DNA from: Candidatus Kapaibacterium sp.
Lineage (GTDB): Bacteria > Bacteroidota > Ignavibacteria > Kapaibacteriales > UBA2268
DNA: 64,000 nt
NCBI GenBank assembly: GCA_963665665.1
Contig: OY762428.1
Coordinates: forward strand, 4,640,001-4,704,000
Direction of reading: 5' to 3'
Shown here: one piece after another, positions 58,171-64,000 of the stretch
Numbering within the stretch: position 1 is the stretch's first letter
Layout of the letters: the number at the start of each line of letters is the position of its first letter
Made by a program: the position numbers and the translations under genes
Notes under the pieces: generated by a model
What the model was told of the DNA's origin: nothing
The model's input: only the letters and a program-made list of their open reading frames with translations
Databases searched by the model: none

Positions 58171-58245
58171 TAACCTCCCCAACTCCTCCGAAGGAGTGGA
58201 TGAAATAATTTTGTCTTCCCCTTAGGTGAGGGTTGGGAGGGGTCA
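58171..58245. repeat. GC-rich cruciform palindromic intergenic element
   Basis: ACCTCCCCAAC ... GTTGGGAGGGGT outer arms with inner CTCCT-CCGA-AGGAG hairpin. Confidence 0.55.
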
Positions 58246-58312
58246 TTGATTTATTGATTATTTAGTGTTATTTTTTTTAATCTTATGTTTTGCTAACAAA
58301 TAAGAAAATGAT

Positions 58313-59668
58313 ATGGATATTTTAGACAGTCTGGTAATTCCTCAGTCAGCAGAAAACCTGACAGCGCTGCAATACCTTATGGGGCTGGCAAAAATTATAT
58401 TTACGATATATGCCGGAGTACTATTCGGATCATCACTTTTTTCGGTTTATTATGATCTATTGAGTAAAAGTGCTGATTACGACCGCAATAAAAGAGCAGC
58501 AAAAGACTTTGTTGACCTGATAACTGGCAGTAAAATGTTTGCTTTCGGGCTTGGAATTGTGCCATTCCTCGGGATAATAATTATCTACCAGGAATTGCTT
58601 AGCGGTTCAGGTGCACCGGTTGTTGGCTGGCTGATAATATCATTTGTCTTATTCATTGCCAGCATACTTTTTATCTACGCATATAAGCATGCGCTCCATA
58701 TTGATACCCTATTAAAAAAGATTAAAAACAAAACTACATTATCCGAAGATGATGAGGACTTTGATGATTTGGACGTGTATAATAAAGCAGCATCAAGTGT
58801 CAGGGTTAGGAGCGGATTCTGGACATTCATTCTGATCCTGGTATCAATGAGGATATATCTTGCTGCTACTTCTATTGCCGAAAATCCTGCTGATTGGGAT
58901 ACCGGTTTCTGGGGTATGATGTTTTCCGGATCAACTATTATCAGGTTCATCCATTTTATTGCCTCCGGGCTGGCTGTTACCGGTATAGCATTTGTTGTAA
59001 AGAAATTCTACTGGGATAAACACACTCTTGGTAAAGATGAAATTTACAATACCTTTATTAAAAGGTTCAGTCTTTCAGTTGCATTGATTTTTACGGCGGT
59101 ACAGCCTTTGTTCCTGGTTCTTAACCTGATGCTTACTCCAAAGGAGGCACTCTCTTCATTCATGTTCGGAATAACAATAATTGTTATGGCGCTCGTTCTG
59201 ATTGCAGCACACATGATCTATAATATGATCAGAAAACGCAGCCCGAAGTTTGCAGTGTCATCATTTTATGTTGTAATTCTTGTTGTTGCTTTCGTTATTG
59301 TGAAGGAGCAGGTTGCTTTTTCGGTTGCGAATAAACAGAATCAGCTTGTTATGGCTAATTCGTTCGAGGATATGCATGCCGAGATGCTGGCGCAGTCAGG
59401 AAGAGGCGGGGTAGAGATCAATGCCGCAGAAATATATGAAGTTAAATGTACAGCATGCCACATGTTTGACGAGAGGAAAGTCGGGCCGCCCCACCGCGAT
59501 GTTTTACCAAAATATATGGATGACCAGGCTGCTTTGGCTAAATTCCTCCTTAATCCTGTGAAAGTGGATCCTGATTATGATGCCATGCCAAGTCAGGGAT
59601 TGAAACCAAAAGAGGCAGAAGCACTCGCTGAGTATATGATAACCGAGTTCGGTCCAAGATTGAAATAA
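58313..59668 (+). CDS. Polytopic membrane protein (CydA-like fold) fused to C-terminal monoheme cytochrome c
   Basis: About 8 TMs; FWGMMFSGSTIIRFIHFIASGLAVTG matches CydA FWAVVFNPSTIDRLSHVLSAAMITG; CTACH...VGP...AMP class I cytochrome c domain. Confidence 0.8.
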   Translation: MDILDSLVIPQSAENLTALQYLMGLAKIIFTIYAGVLFGSSLFSVYYDLLSKSADYDRNKRAAKDFVDLITGSKMFAFGLGIVPFLGIIIIYQELLSGSGAPVVGWLIISFVLFIASILFIYAYKHALHIDTLLKKIKNKTTLSEDDEDFDDLDVYNKAASSVRVRSGFWTFILILVSMRIYLAATSIAENPADWDTGFWGMMFSGSTIIRFIHFIASGLAVTGIAFVVKKFYWDKHTLGKDEIYNTFIKRFSLSVALIFTAVQPLFLVLNLMLTPKEALSSFMFGITIIVMALVLIAAHMIYNMIRKRSPKFAVSSFYVVILVVAFVIVKEQVAFSVANKQNQLVMANSFEDMHAEMLAQSGRGGVEINAAEIYEVKCTACHMFDERKVGPPHRDVLPKYMDDQAALAKFLLNPVKVDPDYDAMPSQGLKPKEAEALAEYMITEFGPRLK

Positions 59669-59674
59669 TTTTTT

Positions 59675-59706
59675 AAAAAGGGCTGAGATTTCTCAGCCAT
59701 TTTTTT
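59675..59706 (+). terminator. Rho-independent terminator
   Basis: GGCTGAG-ATTT-CTCAGCC followed by a T run. Confidence 0.75.
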
Positions 59707-59881
59707 ATTTTTTAAACAATTTTTTTTATATTATTCCTTAGTAATTTTTATGATAGAATATTTGTTTAAGGGAATTGAAAATAACTATGGATATTTTTTT
59801 ATAAAATAAATAGGACTGAAAAAATCCTATATTGTAAATTAGTCAGTTATTCATCAATTATAAATAATTTCAGGAGGCCTT

Positions 59882-61267
59882 ATGCCGGATGCTGAGATAC
59901 TTGCTCGAATACAATTTGCAACAACGGTAGCTTTCCATTATATTTTCCCGCCAATGAGTATTGGCCTGGGATTTTTGCTTGTTATAATGGAAGGAATGTA
60001 CCTGAAAACAAAAAACAAGCTTTACGAGAACATGACGAAATTCTGGGTTAAAGTGTTCTCGCTTATATTTGCAATGGGTGTTGCTACGGGGATTGTTATG
60101 GAATTCCAGTTTGGCACCAATTGGTCAACATATTCCAGGTATGTAGGGGATATTTTCGGAAGTCCGCTGGCAGCGGAAGGAATCTTTGCTTTCTTCCTTG
60201 AATCCGGGTTCCTGGCTATTCTTGTTTTCGGATGGGATAAAGTAAAACCCAGAACCCACTTCATTGCAACCATAATGGTATCTTTCGGATCAATGCTTAG
60301 TGCTGTTTGGATTATTGTTGCCAATAGCTGGCAGCAGACACCGGGGAAGATTGGCGAAACTTTCCACATAGTCGGTGAAGGTGTAAATGCCCGGGCTGAA
60401 ATACTTGATTTCTGGGCTGTTGTATTCAATCCGTCTACAATCGACAGGCTTTCTCATGTTTTATCAGCTGCCATGATTACTGGTGCTTTCCTTGTTTTGA
60501 GTGTCAGCGCCTATTACCTTATCAAAAAACGCCACCAGGAATTTGCCAAGGCTTCAATTAAAATAGCTGTTATTCTTGCCGTAGTTACTTCGCTGTTACA
60601 GCTTACAACAGGCCATTCCAGCGCAGACGGTGTTGCTGAGCATCAGCCTGCTAAACTTGCAGCTTTCGAAGGCCACTATGAAACAGGTCCTGCGGATCTT
60701 TACCTGATAGGCTGGGTTAATGAAGAGAGCGGAGAAACCTATGGAATAAAAATCCCCGGTATGCTGTCATTCCTTGTTCACTGGGATAGCGAAAAACCAG
60801 TTACCGGACTTAATGATATACCTATTGATGAAAGGCCGCCCGTTAACATTGTGTTCCAGGCTTATCATATTATGGTGGCAATAGGAATGGCAATAATTCT
60901 TATCTCCTTTATTGCATTATTTATGGCGTACAAGAATAAGTTAGAAACCAATAGATGGTTCCTTAAAATACTTGTTGTATCAATATTGCTGCCTCATGCA
61001 GCCAACCAGATAGGCTGGATAGCCGCCGAGGTCGGCAGGCAGCCATGGATTGTTTACGGCTTGCTTAAAACGCAGGACGCTCTTTCCAAGGTGGTTAATG
61101 CAGAGCAGATATTGTTCTCGCTTGTAATGTTCTCACTTGTTTACACGCTTCTTTTCATACTATTTATATTCCTTCTCGACCGTAAGATAAAACACGGGCC
61201 GGAAGAAACAGGAACAATGGAAGCAACTTATTCCGAACAGAAGACAGTTTTTGGTAACCGCAATTAA
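59882..61267 (+). CDS. cydA: Cytochrome bd quinol oxidase subunit I (short Q-loop)
   Basis: AFHYIFPP, MEFQFGTNW, AEGIFAFFLES, RLSH, QPAKLAAFEG, HIMV, AEVGRQPW. Confidence 0.97.
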   Translation: MPDAEILARIQFATTVAFHYIFPPMSIGLGFLLVIMEGMYLKTKNKLYENMTKFWVKVFSLIFAMGVATGIVMEFQFGTNWSTYSRYVGDIFGSPLAAEGIFAFFLESGFLAILVFGWDKVKPRTHFIATIMVSFGSMLSAVWIIVANSWQQTPGKIGETFHIVGEGVNARAEILDFWAVVFNPSTIDRLSHVLSAAMITGAFLVLSVSAYYLIKKRHQEFAKASIKIAVILAVVTSLLQLTTGHSSADGVAEHQPAKLAAFEGHYETGPADLYLIGWVNEESGETYGIKIPGMLSFLVHWDSEKPVTGLNDIPIDERPPVNIVFQAYHIMVAIGMAIILISFIALFMAYKNKLETNRWFLKILVVSILLPHAANQIGWIAAEVGRQPWIVYGLLKTQDALSKVVNAEQILFSLVMFSLVYTLLFILFIFLLDRKIKHGPEETGTMEATYSEQKTVFGNRN

Positions 61268-61282
61268 TTAAAGGAGATAAAA

Positions 61283-62299
61283 ATGGATTTAAACACAATA
61301 TGGTTTATACTTGTTGGTGTTCTGCTCGGCGGTTATGCTGTTCTTGACGGTTTCGACCTCGGAGTGGGAGCGCTTCACCTTCTTGTTAAGAAGGACCTGG
61401 ATCGCAGGATTATGATAAATTCTATCGGCCCTGTATGGGACGGTAATGAAGTTTGGCTAATAACAGGTGGAGGAGCGCTTTTTGCAGCATTTCCTCATGT
61501 TTATGCTACAGTATTTTCGGGATTTTATACCGCCTTGATGCTGCTGCTGTTTATGATAATTTTCCGGGCAATTGCCATTGAATTCCGCTCCAAGAGAGAG
61601 GGCCTGACCTGGAGAAAAGTCTGGGATATAATGTTCAGCGTTTCAAGCATCCTTATAGCACTTTTAATGGGTGTGGCCCTGGGAAATGTAATAATCGGGG
61701 TTCCGATAACAGCAGAAAAAGAAGCTATTGTCGGGTTGCTGGACCTGCTTAATCCTTATGCTATCATCGTAGGTTTAACAACTGTGGCTTTATTCATGAT
61801 GCACGGTGCAATTTATGCCGCTATGAAAACTGAAGGGGAACTACAGGAGCAGGTAAAAAGCTGGATAAACAAAGCTATTATATTCTTTGTAATTACTTAT
61901 ATATTCACTACAATTGCTACTTTGATATACCAGCCGCACATGCTGAATAACTTTAAGGAATACCCGATTATGTGGGTGATCGTAATTCTGAACATGCTGG
62001 CTATAGCTAACATACCGAGGGAAATCCACAGGGAGAAATATTTCATGGCATTTATTTCATCAGTTTCAAGTATTCTTGCCCTGATGCTTCTATTTGCCTT
62101 CGGCATTTTTCCGAACATTGTGCTGTCAAGCCCGAACCCGGAACACAGCCTGACAATTTACAATGCTGCATCCTCGCAGCAGACCCTGGAAACAATGCTG
62201 ATTATGGCAGCCATTGGTATGCCATTCGTAATATCGTATACAATCAGTATTTACTGGATATTCCGAGGAAAAGTAAAGATTAACTCTATGAGCTATTGA
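61283..62299 (+). CDS. cydB: Cytochrome bd quinol oxidase subunit II
   Basis: LDGFDLGVG, IGPVWDGNEVWL..GGGALFAAFP, SLTIYNAASS. Confidence 0.97.
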   Translation: MDLNTIWFILVGVLLGGYAVLDGFDLGVGALHLLVKKDLDRRIMINSIGPVWDGNEVWLITGGGALFAAFPHVYATVFSGFYTALMLLLFMIIFRAIAIEFRSKREGLTWRKVWDIMFSVSSILIALLMGVALGNVIIGVPITAEKEAIVGLLDLLNPYAIIVGLTTVALFMMHGAIYAAMKTEGELQEQVKSWINKAIIFFVITYIFTTIATLIYQPHMLNNFKEYPIMWVIVILNMLAIANIPREIHREKYFMAFISSVSSILALMLLFAFGIFPNIVLSSPNPEHSLTIYNAASSQQTLETMLIMAAIGMPFVISYTISIYWIFRGKVKINSMSY

Positions 62300-62328
62300 T
62301 AATGGGCTAAGTGATTTTAAAGAAAAAT

Positions 62329-62360
62329 CCCGGTTGGTTATGGCTAATCGGGTTTTTTTT
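62329..62360 (+). terminator. Rho-independent terminator after cydB
   Basis: CCCGGTTGGT...GCTAATCGGG stem (G-U pairs) followed by T8. Confidence 0.7.
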
Positions 62361-62582
62361 CAATCCAACATTAAATGACATTACCCTAAAATAGAAATAT
62401 TTTTGTTATTGGGCAAACAATCCCCAAAAATACATAATCTAAAATTTTATTCTTTACAGCTTTTTTAATTCTGTTTGTTCAATATCAGGCGAATAACAAT
62501 TCACATCCATGCAAAGAGTGAATGTTGAAGAAAGTAATTTTATATGAATAGAATGAGTAATATAGTGTTTTAATCATATTCC

Positions 62583-63239
62583 TCATACGTCAATTTTAAT
62601 TATCCCTTTTTCAAGGCCGGCACGTATCAGCTGGGCAGTGTTGCCACAATTTAGTTTCTCAAGCAGTCTTTTTCTGTGTGTATTCACAGTACCGGAACTT
62701 ATTTGAAGCATTTCGGCTATCTGCATACTTGTGAATCCGTCGAATATCAGCCTGAGTATTTCAGTTTCACGTTTTGTCAGTTCCATATTTTTTGTGTCTC
62801 GTCCTGTAATAGGAGGCAGGTAATTTTCAACGATCAATTTCTGATAGCTAGAACCGTAGTAGCTACCTTTTTCATGCAATTCATAAACAGCTTTTAGTAA
62901 TTGCTGCCCATGAGCGTTTCTTTTCAGCATGAAACCAGTTACACCTGACTGGACAATCTTATCAATTGTTTCCTTATCTGATTTATTACTCATCAACAGG
63001 GTTTTTATTTCCGGATGCCATGATGCAAGTATTTCAACAAGCCTAAGGCCGCTTAGCCCCGGCATTCCATAGTCCAGAATGATAATATCGGTACGGATGT
63101 TTCCAAGAAGGTCAATAACTTCTCTTCCGCTTTCGGCTATGGCTACAATCCTGAAGTTTCCGTCTTCTTCCAGAATAGCTCTTACTATTTCTGCAAATAG
63201 TTTATTTTTATCGGCAAGTATTACGTTAATCTTTTTCAT
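62583..63239 (-). CDS. NarL/LuxR-family response regulator
   Basis: Receiver (ILAD..., ILDYGMPG, GFMLK) plus LTKRE.EIL...IAE.L.IS..TV.THRK HTH. Confidence 0.92.
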   Translation of the reverse strand: MKKINVILADKNKLFAEIVRAILEEDGNFRIVAIAESGREVIDLLGNIRTDIIILDYGMPGLSGLRLVEILASWHPEIKTLLMSNKSDKETIDKIVQSGVTGFMLKRNAHGQQLLKAVYELHEKGSYYGSSYQKLIVENYLPPITGRDTKNMELTKRETEILRLIFDGFTSMQIAEMLQISSGTVNTHRKRLLEKLNCGNTAQLIRAGLEKGIIKIDV

Positions 63240-63569
63240 TTCATTCTCATATTAATTTTTTTCCCGTATACAATTTGTAAAATATTATCAAATAATAAAA
63301 TACCAAGTTCTTGGTATGTTTTTAAAATACGTGTTTATTGGTATTTTTATCCGTATTTATACGTAGATGATCATAATCCGGGTTTGAATAATCTTGGAAT
63401 AGAAATTCTATGAGCGAAATGATAATAAATATGCCGATGCCGAGGAATCGTGGCGAAAATGAAAAGAAAATAGCACTCGGTTTGCTTATGGAATCCATTA
63501 GTAAATCAAATTTTTCGTTCATACCCGGGATTGATTGTCTCGGGTCAGGAATTTAAGTATATGAAGAAG

Positions 63570-64000
63570 TTATCTTATCTTTTTACCCCATATAAAACAA
63601 GTATCTGTTGAACGTTTGGAATAAGTTATACCACAAAGCCGGCCATTGATTTGTTTGAACTTATAATTATTTCCTTCAAGTTCCCAGTATATCGCGTCGT
63701 CCTTCATCAGAAAGCGGCGGCCTATACTTACTGTATCGCCGGAATTGTAATTGAAGTATTGAATATTAACTTTATCTTTTTGTAAATCGAGGTAATAATT
63801 ATTGAATCTGATATCGCTGAAATTGGATTTCCACTGGTAAATCATTTTCCAGGTGCCAACGAAAGGTACCGGATCGATAACAGGCTGCGAATTATACCAG
63901 TTTTCCTGAAGCTTACCAGGCCCTTCCGATAGCGGTAGTTCCATGTAATTTATCATATATTGTGTGAATGAACCTTTGTTTTGAAGCTGTACCGTATCAC
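63570..64000 (-). CDS. Hypothetical protein, C-terminal part (gene begins outside window)
   Basis: The frame is open from the window edge (...DTVQLQNKGSFTQYMINY...) to the stop at 63570. Confidence 0.55.
   Translation of the reverse strand, partial: DTVQLQNKGSFTQYMINYMELPLSEGPGKLQENWYNSQPVIDPVPFVGTWKMIYQWKSNFSDIRFNNYYLDLQKDKVNIQYFNYNSGDTVSIGRRFLMKDDAIYWELEGNNYKFKQINGRLCGITYSKRSTDTCFIWGKKIR

Noticed and set aside
2158-62897. Numerous 60-226 aa ORFs antisense to or nested in long genes (e.g. 4860-5540, 21124-21621, 24725-25177, 46953-47435)
   Set aside because: Shadow frames of well-supported genes with no recognisable motifs.
63322-63558. Small ORFs on both strands and weak hairpins (possible riboswitch or sRNA)
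   Set aside because: No match to any riboswitch consensus I recognise; the coding strand cannot be decided from sequence alone.
1-64000. CRISPR array, tRNA, rRNA, prophage or anti-phage defence cluster
   Set aside because: No spaced direct repeats, cloverleafs or phage genes were seen; sbcCD looks like an ordinary repair pair without nurA/herA.

Overview
AT-rich bacterial chromosomal window, most likely from the FCB group (Ignavibacteria / Ca. Kapabacteria-like). This is inferred from four type IX secretion (T9SS) C-terminal-domain proteins, a TTTG-N19-TAnnTTTG promoter and the FtsZ tail RPAFLRKIMD. The left half is mostly housekeeping and envelope genes: rsmD fragment, PilM-like protein, double GT2-TPR glycosyltransferase, YbbR-like protein, hybrid histidine kinase, sbcCD, wzz-waaL-mrdA, mtgA-mutS operon and a detached ftsQAZ block. 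There are two IS elements (IS3, IS1634) and an array of T9SS cargo genes. The right third is an ~18 kb respiratory supercluster: alternative complex III, an extra cytochrome c, an A2-type heme-copper oxidase, heme o synthase and cytochrome bd. Two loci look most novel. (1) 58313-59668 encodes an 8-TM protein that aligns by eye with the neighbouring CydA, keeps the heme b558 His, lacks the O2-site and quinol-loop motifs, and carries a fused cytochrome c; it sits between the ACIII/cox and cydAB operons. (2) 26902-29360 is a self-contained operon of a cysteine hydrolase, a TrxB-like flavoprotein without CxxC, and an RlmN-like radical SAM enzyme lacking the resolving cysteine. No rRNA, tRNA or CRISPR array was seen. 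All assignments come from motif reading by eye, with no database searches.
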